A DNA stretch of 64,000 nucleotides from Octopus vulgaris (GCA_951406725.2 OX597826.1:45012001-45076000), one strand, 5' to 3'; counted from the stretch's first letter, positions 41,035 through 53,955 are shown. Numbers and translations are program-made. The notes: generated by a model from the letters alone, not told the origin.

Positions 41035-42144
41035 CGAAGGTAGGCTGATAAGTTCATAGGTTGGCTATGAAGGAGCAAGGCTAGAACTCTTAAATCTTGC
41101 ATGCATTAATTTTAACCCTCTTATTAATAACCACGTTGTTTCTTTCGAAGTAAGCTGAAAACCGACTTTTCAAAGGCTTCAAAAGTAACTGGTAGCGACT
41201 TCTCTTGAAAATGGACAAAATTTGGCATCGTAATGTTATCAAGTGCATATAGCCCTCAAGGACATTCATGATAATAAGTGACTGTTTATAAATCAAATAG
41301 CCAATACTGATAGCATATCTCGTGAGAGAGTTGAAAATATTCTGCACAATGAATTTGGTACGACGAAGGTTTCTGCTCTCGGTGATTGTCACATCCTCTG
41401 ACGCTTGACCAAAATCACAACAGGTTGATCACATCATGGGAAAATCTGACATAGTTTGAGGCAGATCCATAACCGTTTCCTAAGCCAAGATGAGTGCTGG
41501 ATTCATAACTTTCAGCCAGAGACAAAGAGACAATTCACACATTAGAAACATACCATCGCATCTGCTCCAAGGAAGGCCAATGTCGTTTCATCTGCAGGGA
41601 AGGTGATGACTTTAGTCTTACGCGATGTAAAAAGCATTGTGTTCATCCACTATCTTCAAAAGGGTCACATCAACAACAGAGAGTACTGTACCAACTTGCT
41701 GAGACAGTTTCGAAAGGCTATCAAGACCATACGCCCAGGAAAACTAACTAAAATGTCTTTTTCATTAGCGCAATGCTCCAGCAGAGACGTCCTTGTTTTC
41801 CATGCCTGCTGTTCATGACTGTGGCTTTGAAATAGTTGATACTTCTCATTTGTCCCCATCTTATTATCATCTGTTCCCCAACATGTAAAAACAGTTGGCT
41901 GGGAACCAGAACTGTAGGGATGATGATATCATATGTGCAGTTTTTTTTTCCTTGTTTCAGTCATTTGACTGCGGCCATGCTGGAACACCGCCTTTAATCG
42001 AGCAAATCGAACCCGGGACTTATTATTTTGTAAGCCCAGTACTTATTCTATCGGTCTCTTTTGCCGAACCGCTAAGTAACGGGGACATAAACACACCAGC
42101 ATCGGTTGTCAAGCAATGCTAGGGGGACAAATACAGACACACAA

Positions 42145-42179
<35 letters not shown>

Positions 42180-42533
42180 CATATATACGATAGGCTTCTT
42201 TCAGTTTCTGTTTACCAAATCCACTCACAAGGCTTTGGTCGGGCCGAGGCTATAGTAGAAGACACTTGCCCAAGGTGCCAAGCAGGGGGGACTGAACCCG
42301 GAACCATGTGGTTGGTAAACAAGCTACTTATCACACAGCCACTCCTGCACCTAGTCGATGATATTTTTTTAGCGACAGGTTGAAAGTTACTTCACCAAAA
42401 TGATCCAAGCACTGCAACACCGATAAAAGAAGTGTATGGATCACAAGGAGTCCATGCTGAAAGGTAAATCTCATTTGATAACATTCCCTGAGAGTATGCT
42501 TGATCAGCCTATATAATTTCTAGCCTACCTACG
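41035..42533 (+). mobile_element. Decayed full-length mariner (DD34D) transposon
   Basis: TIRs CGAAGGGTAGGCTGATAAGTT / AATTTCTAGCCTACCTACG; peptides QDECWIHNFQPETKRQ, SAGKVMTLV..IHYLQKGHINNREYC. Confidence 0.85.
41945..42351 (-). mobile_element. Abundant octopus SINE nested in the mariner
   Basis: Family homology. Confidence 0.9.
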
Positions 42534-43051
42534 TAGGTATCCATTTAAATACCCAATTGACACCCTTTTGCCAACGGATAATTCATTCAGTGTTTGGTAC
42601 AAAGTCAATACAATTAGGCTGAGGTTGGTTTGTCGATTACATCGATCCCAGTACTTGAATGGTACTTTATTTTATCGATCCCGAAAGGATGAAAGGTAAA
42701 GTCGGCTTCGGTGGTATCCACAGGATATATAATGAAATCAATCGACAAGCCGATTCATCAAATAGCCAGCCAGCCAGCCAACAAACAAACCAATTGGTCT
42801 ACTCACCAAGCAAGTAAGCAAGTAGGCAAGCAAACAAGCAACCAGCCAACAGCCAAACCAACAAACTAAATAACCAATCAGCCAAGCAATTAGGACTTGC
42901 CTTAATTTAACTTTGAATCGTCAGACAAACGTAATTACTTTTCATTGCAAAGAATCAATGAAGTTAATTATACATTAGCATTGAATGTTTGTAATTACAT
43001 TCTCATATATACATGTATATGCATGAGTACACATACACGCACACACACACG

Positions 43052-43160
<109 letters not shown>

Positions 43161-43171
43161 GTATATATATA

Positions 43172-43539
43172 CGAGCAGAACGCCCCCCGTCCAATGGACG
43201 GCGCTGAGTTGTCAAACATTTAAACCAAATTTTCTCAAAACAACTTGTCCGACCGTCCCATAGGCCTCCCCTTTGAGAAACACTGATTTAACCTAAATTT
43301 GAGACACCAGCAAAAGAAGAAATAAAGAAACGCTTTTTTTTTCTATTCCAAAGAAAAACGATTTTATTCACTTTATCCATCGCATTCTCACCTGGAATCG
43401 ATTTTTATATTTTTTGTCAAGACTTATACACGCCTTGATACCGTCGGTATCTACATATCAAATTTGAGCGCAGTCGGATAGATGATGCCCGTGATCCTAG
43501 AAGACACACAGACAGACAGAACGGATTTTATATTATAGA
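43172..43539 (-). mobile_element. Non-autonomous Helitron
   Basis: Minus 5' end A|TCTATAATATAAAAT + (CTGT)n; 3' hairpin CCGTCCATTGGACGG then CTCG|T (CTAG variant); A/T insertion site. Confidence 0.7.
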
Positions 43540-43644
43540 TAAATATGTATCATGGCATGCTAGAAATGCTTTTCTGATTAGTATTAGATCAAAGATTCTG
43601 AAAAGGTTTTTCACCTCTACTTCTTTACATATTGGTTACAAACA

Positions 43645-43847
43645 TTAGCACAAAACCAGCAATTTCTGGGAAGGAAGAGGAAGACGATTACATCGATCCC
43701 AGTACTCAACTGGTAGATATTTTACCGATACCGATATGATGAAATGCAAAGTCGACTTCGGCGGAATTTCGAACTCATAACGTAAAGATAGACGAAATGC
43801 CGCTAAGCGTTTTGCCCGGCTTGCTAACGATCCTTCCAACTCGCCAT
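43645..43847 (-). mobile_element. Meta-like SINE (older copy)
   Basis: Family homology. Confidence 0.75.
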
Positions 43848-45694
43848 CTTTTCATTTCTGAAAAGCGAAATCACTTACATTATATCAGTTCACTCGTCGA
43901 GGTTATTAGTTTTAGAAATCATTATTAACTTCTGTAATCCCAATGCGAGATCATTTGCTTTATAACGACTCATATTCAGCATATTTTTGCTAGTGTTTTT
44001 CTGGTGCATAATGGTTTGTCAAAGCTATGTAAATGTTTCGGTGTATTCATTTATATATTATGTTGTTAATAGTATGGGGTTTAGCTAGTTCTAAATGCAC
44101 TGTTTTCACAGAAATTTCTGTCCGGCCGCTTTACTACATACATCCTCCATTAAGTTCCCACTAAATATAAAAGTAGCTTCAACCCCCCTCTTGATGCACC
44201 CAGTAGATGGATGGGAGAAAGACTAAGTCAGCGTAGAAAAGCTTTCGATCTCAAATGTAGTTTTCTAATTCAGCACGTGTTTCTCTAATAACCAAAAGCA
44301 GAGAGCATTCAGCACCCATGACCCCTCACATGGCCACCATGACAATAGAGAGAAAGAAGAAAGCTAATATCAGCATTGATATCAGGTCTGAATTACTGCA
44401 ACACCCTCTGCGCAATTCATCTAAATGCCAGACGGATTACGTCTGACACACAAACTAGATATTTAGAATAGACAGAATTGCTATAACGATTGTACGTACT
44501 GGAATTGTTACATAATCACATAAATCACAAGACGACTGTGTTTTTCTTTTACATTATATAACTAACGATTTCCTTATAAATTATGTATTAACCCCTATAA
44601 CACATGTCTTATACGAATATGCAAACATAGTTATTATACATAGTCACGTCTTTACCAGGTTAATTTACCCAATTATATTTTCTCGGATATCAAAGAGTTC
44701 TTACTAAAAGTATTGCATATTCAGATACGTCAGAACTATACAATATTCATTAATCATGTGTTGAGCGGATCACGAGAGAATCTCAAACTTCAGTAAAGCA
44801 GTTGATCAGCTTGTAAAGTTTCAGAACTCGTCTATTTTATGGCATTTGATATTGTAACTCTATCTTGTACAATATTCTACCGAATTGTAACCCTGTAAAA
44901 TTCAACAAATCCTTGCAGATTCACTGCTTTTACAATTAATGACCGTTTACTGTTGAATTGATTTGATTGGTTGGTCCACGACATAGCAGCAAACCTGAAT
45001 TAAAGCAATTCCAGGTTTTATGAGAATCTAAGAAACCAACTCTTCGCCTCTTTTATGGTTATCCATAAACTTCAAATAAGAAGTCCTCTGAAGTTAGATT
45101 CTTTGTCATACACTAGCTTATTTGAAACCTTCGATGCACATCAATTATACGGTTATTCGTTTTGTCAGAATCGACCTATTCTTTTCATCTTCTTGGGCTT
45201 GGAAAATAATAAAGTTAACTGCTCAAACAACTATATTACTCAGACGTTAAATTGATGCGAGATATGGCTGACGGCGAGAACTGAGCCTGATGTAGTCCGT
45301 ATATACAGCTTTTAGTCAATACTACTATTCAAAATTGTTATGATCTTATCTATTTCTTTTACATCCAACTCTGTTCGACTAGATATTTGCTGCATATAAT
45401 TTATTTCGCAAATCTTGCTTGTCTTTCGTTGTTTATATTTGTGACCGCTACATTATTTTTGTTCCGAAACGTAGTTTTCTTGGACTGGATTAACAGCCAA
45501 TGTCCTTTTGTAAACTGATTCAGTATTACTATTATGAAGATATTGAAAAATAATTTAATAAATATAAATATAACGGCTTCTGCAAAAATATTCTGCTAAT
45601 GTTAATTATGTTGAAAAATAAGTAATTTAGATTTATCAGTTAAAATACATTCTTCATATTCAAATAATTACATCAACATCAACCGCACAATTCT

Positions 45695-46285
45695 TATTTC
45701 TTTATTGTCCACAAGAGGCTAAATAAAATGGAGACAAACAAGGACAGACAAACGGATTGAGTCGATTACATCGACTCCAGTGCGTAACTGGTACTTAATT
45801 TATCGACCCCGAAAGGATGAAAGGCAAAGTCGACCTCAGCTCGAACTCAGAACGTGAAGACAGACGAAATACCAATTTCTTTACTACCCACAAGGGGCTA
45901 AACACAGAGAGGACAAACAAGGACAGACAAAGGGATTAAGTCGATTACATTGACTCCAGTGCGTAACTGGTACTTAATTTATCGACCCCGAAAGGATGAA
46001 AGGTAAAGTCGACCTCGGCTCGAACTCAGAACGTAAAGACAGACGAAATACCTATTTCTTTACTACCCACAAGGGGCTAAACACAGAGAGGACAAACAAG
46101 GACAGACAAACGGATTAAGTCGATTACATCGACCCCAGTGTGCAACTGGTACTTAATTTATCGACCCCGAAAGGATGAAAGGCAAAGTCGACCTCGGCGG
46201 AATTTGAACTCAGAACGTAAAGACAGAAGAAATACGGCTAGGCATTTCGCCCGGCGTGCTAACGTTTCTGCCAGCTCGCCACCTT
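45695..46285 (-). mobile_element. Trimeric Meta-like SINE (one complete unit plus two head-truncated units)
   Basis: Units start at ~45695, ~45875 and ~46053. Confidence 0.9.
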
Positions 46286-46866
46286 CAACATCACAATTGT
46301 GTCGTTCTTGCCACTATAGCCGTACCAGGGTGACTGCACTCATGACGTGGACTGCTTTACAGCCACAAATTTCTGTTTCGATCCCCCTGTGCAGCTCTTC
46401 TGAAAATAATTTTGTGAACGAAATTCGACAGATGGAAAATCTATATTCCAAATTTGTTGTGCATACATACATACATACATACATATATACACATCTGCAT
46501 ATATATGTGTGAGTGTGCCTATGTATACATGTATGCATGCGTGCTTTTATGTAATATACAAACGTGTATATATATATGTGTGTGTGTGTGTCAAAAATAA
46601 GGAGTGCGTTGCGTTATGTGAATAATATTTTCAGAAGTCAAACACGTATAGTAATAAACGAACAGACGGAAAGTCATACTACATGTATTGAATGCACGGA
46701 CGCAAAGATGAACGAACAGACACAGGTTACAAATTCCTCATCAGATATCGGCCGGAGCATCGAGCGTAAAATCGAGCAATTATCGATAATATTGCATCTA
46801 CCCCGAAGGCAACAAACAAGTTTTCTCTCCGCCCCACTATCTCTCTCTTTCTCTCTCTCTCTTCTT

Positions 46867-46930
<64 letters not shown>

Positions 46931-46952
46931 TACATACATAATACATACATAT

Positions 46953-47030
<78 letters not shown>

Positions 47031-47032
<2 letters not shown>

Positions 47033-47265
47033 GAGAAAGAAGCAACAAGAATGGATTAGTTTTAGTACAATTGTTTCATACAAAGACAGGCTTTATTAAA
47101 AGTTGCAAAAATTGCAGCAGATAAAAGTGTCCCGTACTCATCAGCTAAAATACATACGAGTTCTCCAAACATCTTAGTGGGTGAGGCTATACTCATGAAG
47201 TATTGGAGATAATTTCATTAAAAGCAGATTTAGGTTGTAAACAGATTTCCGAAGTTCCTTAATGA

Positions 47266-47269
<4 letters not shown>
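47031..47269 (-). mobile_element. Short Penelope-like 3' fragment with hammerhead, inside (TA)n
   Basis: Minus ORF remnant IIKELRKSVYNLN...* (GIY-YIG C-terminus-like) followed by an HHR; (TA)n on both sides. Confidence 0.6.
47060..47150 (-). ncRNA. Type-I hammerhead ribozyme, intact core (family B)
   Basis: ttttag-CTGATGA-gtac[long stem II]gtat-GAAA-caattg-TA-ctaaaa; palindromic helix III ACAATTGT; predicted cut between 47066 and 47065. Confidence 0.85.
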
Positions 47270-47321
<52 letters not shown>

Positions 47322-47814
47322 AATGGATATGGTTCGTTAAAAGATACTAATAGAAGTACCAGGCTAAGCATAAATAACTACTGCGTTCGAATCATTGGAC
47401 TAAACATTTTTCACAAGTGATTTCCCAGCATGGCCGCCGTCTAATGACTGAAACGAGTAAAAGTTACATTTCCTGTTTATATGCATATATACTCATATAA
47501 TATTAAGATGGCTGCAACTCTATTTCAAGTGATGACTTCGCTTCATTTTCTCTAAAGTATGAGCATTTTGGATGTGGTGTTCCAGTCCTGCTCAGGACAT
47601 CTATTTTGTACATATATTCCAGTGCCCTTACAGATGTTTTACAATATTATTTAGAAGAACCTTTATATGAGATTTCAGTCTACCTTCTGATGCTCTTTCT
47701 TTTCCACACCCCCACTTAGTGTGTGCGTGTGGTTTTGTTGATGAGTTCTAAGACCTGCTTTACCTAAACAGACAGTTGCTTGTTAAAATATTTGTCCTCA
47801 TCTTGTTTTTTATT

Positions 47815-47860
47815 AACACAACGTTTCGGCAGATATACCCTCCAGCCTTCATCTGGTGTC
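47815..47860 (-). ncRNA. Minimal hammerhead (family C; U4>A, probably inactive)
   Basis: gacac-CAGATGA-a-ggctg..ctgcc-GAAA-cg-TT-gtgtt. Confidence 0.65.
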
Positions 47861-47920
47861 TTGGGGAAATTTCGAACCTGGGTTATCATTCCTAAGGTAT
47901 GTTTTCGATGTTATTATTAC

Positions 47921-48012
<92 letters not shown>

Positions 48013-48176
48013 TCACTGCCTGGAATCGAACTCGGAATCTTGGGGTCAGTAAACGTGGGCATATGGCGTAGTGGTTAAGAGCGCATATGGCGTAGTGGTT
48101 AAGATTCCTATTTCGATTCCAGGCAGTGACCTGAATAATAATAATGATAATAATAGTAATAGTAATAGTAATAATA

Positions 48177-48239
<63 letters not shown>

Positions 48240-48298
48240 GCAACGACAACATCAAAACAATACCTTAGGAATGAGAACCCGGGTTCGAAATTCCCCAA

Positions 48299-48344
48299 GA
48301 CACCTGATGATGGGTGGAGGGTATATCAGCCGAAACGTTGTGTT
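48299..48344 (+). ncRNA. Minimal type-I hammerhead, intact core (family C)
   Basis: gacac-CTGATGA-t-gggtg(gagggtatat)cagcc-GAAA-cg-TT-gtgtt; palindrome AACGTT in place of helix III; cut after 48339. Confidence 0.75.
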
Positions 48345-48506
48345 AACAACAAACAAGATGAGGACAAATATCTGTCAAATGTAAATAATGTAAATAATGT
48401 ATAATTACTGTAGTACATACACCTCTATTTAGGTTTGTGGACTGGCCTCTTACACTGGGGTTGTTTAGCATAGAGAAATTGCTTATGTATTTACAAGCAT
48501 ACATAA

Positions 48507-48636
<130 letters not shown>

Positions 48637-48639
48637 TAT

Positions 48640-48911
48640 CTTTTACTTGGTTCAGTCATTGTGGACCACCGCTTTAAAGAATCTTTTAGTCGACCGAATC
48701 GACCCTCAGTGCTTGCTTTTTAAAGTTTGGTATAGATTTTATCTTTCAGTTTTGCCAAACTGCTAAGTTACATGGATGTAAACACACCAACACCGGTTGT
48801 CAGGGCTCTGGTAGTAGGGGACAAAATACACACACAGACGCACGTGCGCACGCGAGCGTACACACAGTCACACACACACGCATACAAACACACACATACA
48901 CACACACACAC

Positions 48912-48959
<48 letters not shown>

Positions 48960-49120
48960 GGACTGCATCTTTCGTTTTCTATCTACTATATTCACTCACA
49001 AAGCATTAGTCGGTCCGGTGCTATAGCAGAAGACATTTACTGAAGGTGCCACTCAGTGAGACTAAACCCGGAACGATGCGCTTGGGAAGCAAACTTCTTA
49101 TCACATAGCTACGCATGCGC
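48640..49120 (-). mobile_element. Abundant octopus SINE, older diverged copy
   Basis: Family homology. Confidence 0.75.
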
Positions 49121-49227
49121 CTCTCTGCCTCTTTGCCTATGTGTGTATGTATGTATGCATGTATGTATGTATCTATCTATCTATCTATCTATTTATCGAT
49201 CTATAATTATATATACGTACATATATA

Positions 49228-49459
49228 TATTTCTTTACTGCCCAGAAGGGGCTAAACATAGATGGGACAAACAAGGACAGACGAAGGAATTGAGTCGATT
49301 ATATCGCCCCCAGTGCGAAACTGGTACTTTATTTATCGACCCCGAAAGGATGAAAGGCAAAGTCGACCACGGCGGAATTTGAACCCAGAACGTAACGGCA
49401 GACGAAATACGGCTACGCATTTCGCCCGGCGTGCTAACGTTTCTGCCAGCTCGCCGCCT
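49228..49459 (-). mobile_element. Meta-like SINE, full length
   Basis: Family homology. Confidence 0.85.
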
Positions 49460-50060
49460 TTTATATATGTCTGTGTATATGTGTGCGTCTGTGTATATGT
49501 GTGCGTGTGTGTATATGTGTGCTTGTGTGTATATGTGTCTGTTGGTAAGTGTGTATATGTATGTATGTATATTTGTATGTGTGTATTTCAGCGCCAGATA
49601 GCTGGTCATTAATTTAAGCTAAGATGGAGAATCCAAACATGAATACTACAACACACGTTGATTCATTCTTACACGAGTATTCTTCTTATTTAACACGTCT
49701 ATGTATGTGTGTGTACATGCGTGTATATGTGCGTATGCATGTGCATGTATATGTGAGTTTGCGTGCGTGTATTTTTACGAGAGTATAGAAACATTTAGGT
49801 TTGTCTTTTGGCGAGGTATTAAAAATTTTAGACAAGATAAAACTCGAAATACGTAATCTTTTATTGAAAAAATTATTTTAGAAAGAAGCCTTTGTAACAC
49901 AAATCTCTTGCTCGTGCTCCTCAATAGATATTTAAGTATGGATGATTAAAGAGTAACATGTACTTCATATAATCGTAAGTCAGTATAATCCAGTAGAGTA
50001 CACATGTTGAATATGAGGTGGCTGTCCTCAGACAAATTCAAGCTATCATTAAGTTTGTAT

Positions 50061-50305
50061 ATTATTTACATTATTTACATTATTTACATTCGACGGATAT
50101 TTGTCCTCGTCTTGTTTGTTGTTAACACAACGTTTTGGCTGATATACCCTCCAGCCTTCTTCAGGTGTCTTGGGGGAAATTTCGAAACTGGGTTCTCATT
50201 CTTATTCATTGGGGAAATTAACAACAAAGATGAGGACAAATATCCGTCGAATGTAAATAATGTAAATAATGTACATAATTCCTCATCTCTTAAATATAGA
50301 ACTGT
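50061..50305. mobile_element. Family C element with inverted termini and 13-bp TSD; HHR on minus at 50124-50169 (G12>A)
   Basis: TSD ATTAAGTTTGTAT at 50048-50060 and 50306-50318; gacac-CTGAAGA-a-ggctg..cagcc-AAAA-cgTT-gtgtt. Confidence 0.85.
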
Positions 50306-51127
50306 ATTAAGTTTGTATGTTTCTATGTTTCTATGCATGAATGTTTTTATGCGTGTTTATCCGTATGTATGCAGGTTCTTGTATATGTGTTTATGTGTAC
50401 ATTTTTAAATGTATGCATGCATCTCTGTAGCTACGTATGCATGTATTTAGGTTTAATTCTAGATCTCCTGCTAATAGAGGAAGGGTTGTTTACTAAACTG
50501 GTTCCAGGACTATTTCATTCGTATTTCCCAACATCAGGATAGTTCTGCATGTATGTGTGTATGTGTACAGGTATTTGTAGTCAGATCTACATGTTTCGTT
50601 TTATACATGTACACCTATACATATAGATGCAAGTCTAGGCATGCTCATGTGTATTTATAAGCTATACTTTGGGAAAGTTTTACATATTTTGACAGTTCCA
50701 TTGACTGCATATATCTGTAGTCATCCAATTAGTTTTCTCCTTTCTAGTTTTGGGAAGTCCAATTTCGTAAGCTTAGTGCTGAGGCAGTTTGTTATAACCT
50801 ACATCCATCGACAATGTATGAATGTATACATACATAGCTGCCTATATCTATGTATATGTCTTCGTATGTATACATGTATGAGGGTATGTATTTATGTATT
50901 TATGGTTGTCGTTATCTTTGATTCATATCGGTGAAAAGTATCAGCATCGCCGAAAAAGACTAACAAACAAAAACCCATGCTTTTTTAAATGGAGATAGTT
51001 TTTTCTGATAAAAATTCCACACTAAGTTAAATGTATCCTCTTATCTCAGTCACAGACACAAATGCAGTGAGCGAGTAATCGTCGCATTGCAGACCTTCAA
51101 GCAACAACACTGTACTTCATCACTTGA

Positions 51128-51225
<98 letters not shown>

Positions 51226-51261
51226 ATACATATATTTATATGTATATATATATATATTTAT

Positions 51262-51300
<39 letters not shown>

Positions 51301-51597
51301 CATACGTATATATATGCATATATATATACATACATATACACACACATACATACATGTGTGTACATATGTGTGTGTGAGTGTGTTTTGTGTGTGCGTTTGT
51401 GCTTTTATATATCACTCTTTATGCCCCCACACGTTGCTTGTCAGCGGGTGTTCGTTTGCTTGCGTCTCCTTAGCTTGGAGTTTCGGAAAAAGATGCGGAA
51501 ATTTAAGTACCAGATTTAAGAATAAGTATTAAGTCCGTTGTGTCCGCCACAAGATTTCAAAGCTTTGCCCCAGCACAGTCACAGTCTTATATCTAAA

Positions 51598-51800
51598 GTA
51601 GTGGTTTCGATTTCTGGACCGGACGATGCGATGTATTCTTGAGCAAAGCACTTCATTTCACGTTACTCCAGTCAACTTAGCTGGCAAAAATGAGTAATCC
51701 TACGATGGACCGGCGTCCCGTCCAGGTTGGGGGAATTTCTACGCCACTGAAACCGGGAAACTGGTCCTTATGAACCTGGCATGGCTCAAGAAAGAACATT
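51598..51800 (+). mobile_element. CORE-type SINE, 5'-truncated
   Basis: Homologous to 13054-13432. Confidence 0.75.
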
Positions 51801-51849
51801 TGTTTTATTTATTGAATTAAATATTTATTTATTCATGCATTTTATTTAC

Positions 51850-52215
51850 GTCTATCTATCTATCCGCTCAGTCGAAGTCGACTCTTGGTTACTCAATGAA
51901 TCAGCGTTCTCCGGCAAGTTCTATCCTGGGTCACTTCTTTCAGATTGGCTATGGCCATTTCCGTGTCACTCTTGATGGTGTCAAGCCAGCGGGTTCTTAG
52001 TCGGCCTCTTCCTCTCTTGCCACTGACCATTCCGAGCATGATGACCTTCTCCAGGGATTTTCTCCGCATAATATGGCCAAAATATGCCAATCTATGCTTG
52101 GTGATCCTAGCTTCTAGCGGCCGTTTCGGCTTGATCTGGTTAAGAACTCTATTGGTGAGCCTCGCTGTCCATGGAACCCGCAAAAGTCTTCTCCAACACC
52201 AAATAATTGGTGGCA
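51850..52215 (-). mobile_element. RTE-clade LINE 3' end
   Basis: WCWRRLLRVPWTAR...RLAYFGHIMRR.SLEKVIMLG..SGKRGRGR.RTRWLD; short (GATA)n tail. Confidence 0.9.
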
Positions 52216-52289
52216 ACGTGTAAATCAATTGTCAATGGATTCTAAGAACGTAATACAGTTATTAAGGTTTCTTGTCTTAACAATCATGT

Positions 52290-52862
52290 GTAGCACCGCC
52301 TTTAGTCGAGCAAATCGACCCCAGGACTTACTTTGTAAGCCTAGTACTTATAATATCGCTATTTTGCCCCGAACCGCTAAGTTACGGGGACGTAAACATA
52401 CCAACATCGGTTGCAAGCGATGTTGGGGGGACCAACACAGACACAAAAATATGCACACACACACACATACATACATACATACATACATACATACATACAT
52501 ACATACATACATACATACATACATACATGTATATATATGTATGTACGCGGTGGGACTGAACCCGGAACCATGTGGTTCGTAAGCAAGCTACTTACCTATT
52601 TCTTTACTACCCACAAGGGGCTAAACACAGAGGGGACAAACAAGGACAGACAAACGGATTAAGTCGATTATATCGACTCCAGTGCGTAACTGGTACTTAT
52701 TTAATCGACCCCGAAAGGATGAAAGGCAAAGTCGACCTCGGCGGAATTTGAACTCAGAACGTAGCGACAGACGAAATACTACTAAGCATTTCGCCCGGCG
52801 TGCTAACGATTCTGCCAGCTCGCCACCTTAAGCAAGCTACTTACCGCACACCCACTCCTACG
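52290..52862 (-). mobile_element. Octopus SINE with a nested Meta-like SINE (52597-52828)
   Basis: 17-bp TSD TAAGCAAGCTACTTACC at 52580-52596 and 52829-52845. Confidence 0.9.
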
Positions 52863-53049
52863 TTTGTTGTAGTTTTTTAAAACAGTTTCTTCAGTAGTTC
52901 CAGTAATACTCAAAGTATTTTGAAAAACATTCGTTAAGTAATGTACACATATTCAGTAAAAGGATCTCTCTCTGTCTATATATATGTGTGTGTATGTATA
53001 TATAAAATATATATATAGAGAGAAAGAGAGGGAGAGAGGGAGATAAGGA

Positions 53050-53470
53050 AAGGTCTGTTTTTCGAACCGATATTAAATAGCCGTAGTCTTTTGAAGCCCG
53101 ATTTATTGTTGTACATGCTCCCTACACTAGACAAGATGGGTAGGAACTTTGGAACATTGTAGTGGCATCCTGTTCGTAAGCTGCCTTAAGTCTCTATGCC
53201 AGATATTGGTGCCAACCCTTCTAGGATATTCTATACGTAAATTACCGCATATCTCTCCCGTCTTCACTCTCCCGAAAGCTCATGTGTTTCATTAAGGCAA
53301 TCTTATCAGTTTAAGACCACTAAGCCGCTTTGAACTCTGCTATTAAATTGACGGATGACTATAATTGAGAAAATAGTAGTCCAGACAGCTGAGGACAAAA
53401 GTTCCCCATAGGACCAGTATTGCTTTCTGGTTCCTTGTTATGAAAGTTCTCAGAATCCATCGACAATTGA
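53050..53470 (-). mobile_element. Decayed CR1-like LINE fragment
   Basis: Peptides WILRTFITRN..LVLWGTFVLSCLDY and RRERYAVIYV*NILEGL. Confidence 0.65.
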
Positions 53471-53706
53471 TTTACACATTGCCACTAATTTGGTAATATG
53501 TACATGAGAAGCAGAAGGTAGCTGGCCCGTGTTTTCTTTCTGAGTTCAAATTCTGTAGACGTTGACTTTGCCTTTTATCCTTTCGGGGTCGATAATATAA
53601 ATGCCATTTGAGCATTGGGGTCGTTGTAATCGACTTAACCCCTCCTCCGAACATTTTGCTTTGTGCCATAAAACCGAAACCCAATATATACGTGAAAAGT
53701 ATGTGG

Positions 53707-53750
<44 letters not shown>

Positions 53751-53755
<5 letters not shown>

Positions 53756-53955
53756 ATCCAAACAAGAAAGCACAAAAAAACACACAACGTGAGGACGTGG
53801 AACAAATATAGTATTATTGGACGCTCAGGAAAGAAGGAAAGAAGGAGGGTTTAACGTTTCGAGCGGAGCTCTTCGTCGGAAACATAGGAAAAGGAAAGAT
53901 CCAGAGAAGGGAAAACAGATGAAAAAAATCGCCAACGGTACACACGAGGTCACAG
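53751..53955 (-). mobile_element. Short HHR-bearing Penelope-like element (family D) in (TA)n
   Basis: Flanked by (TA)n; a second, truncated copy at 20490. Confidence 0.7.
53849..53883 (-). ncRNA. Minimal hammerhead with U4>C core (family D)
   Basis: gttt-CCGACGA-a-gagc(tcc)gctc-GAAA-cg-TT-aaac. Confidence 0.7.

Larger units (their letters stand above)
47788..48405. mobile_element. Divergent (inverted) pair of tRNA-headed, (AAT)n-containing, HHR-bearing elements (family C)
   Basis: 47788-48050 (minus) is the reverse complement of 48100-48375 (plus); A box TGGCGTAGTGGT and B box GTTCGATTCC. Confidence 0.85.

Noticed and set aside
46700-46750. CTGATGA on the minus strand
   Set aside because: No downstream GAAA or stem I partner
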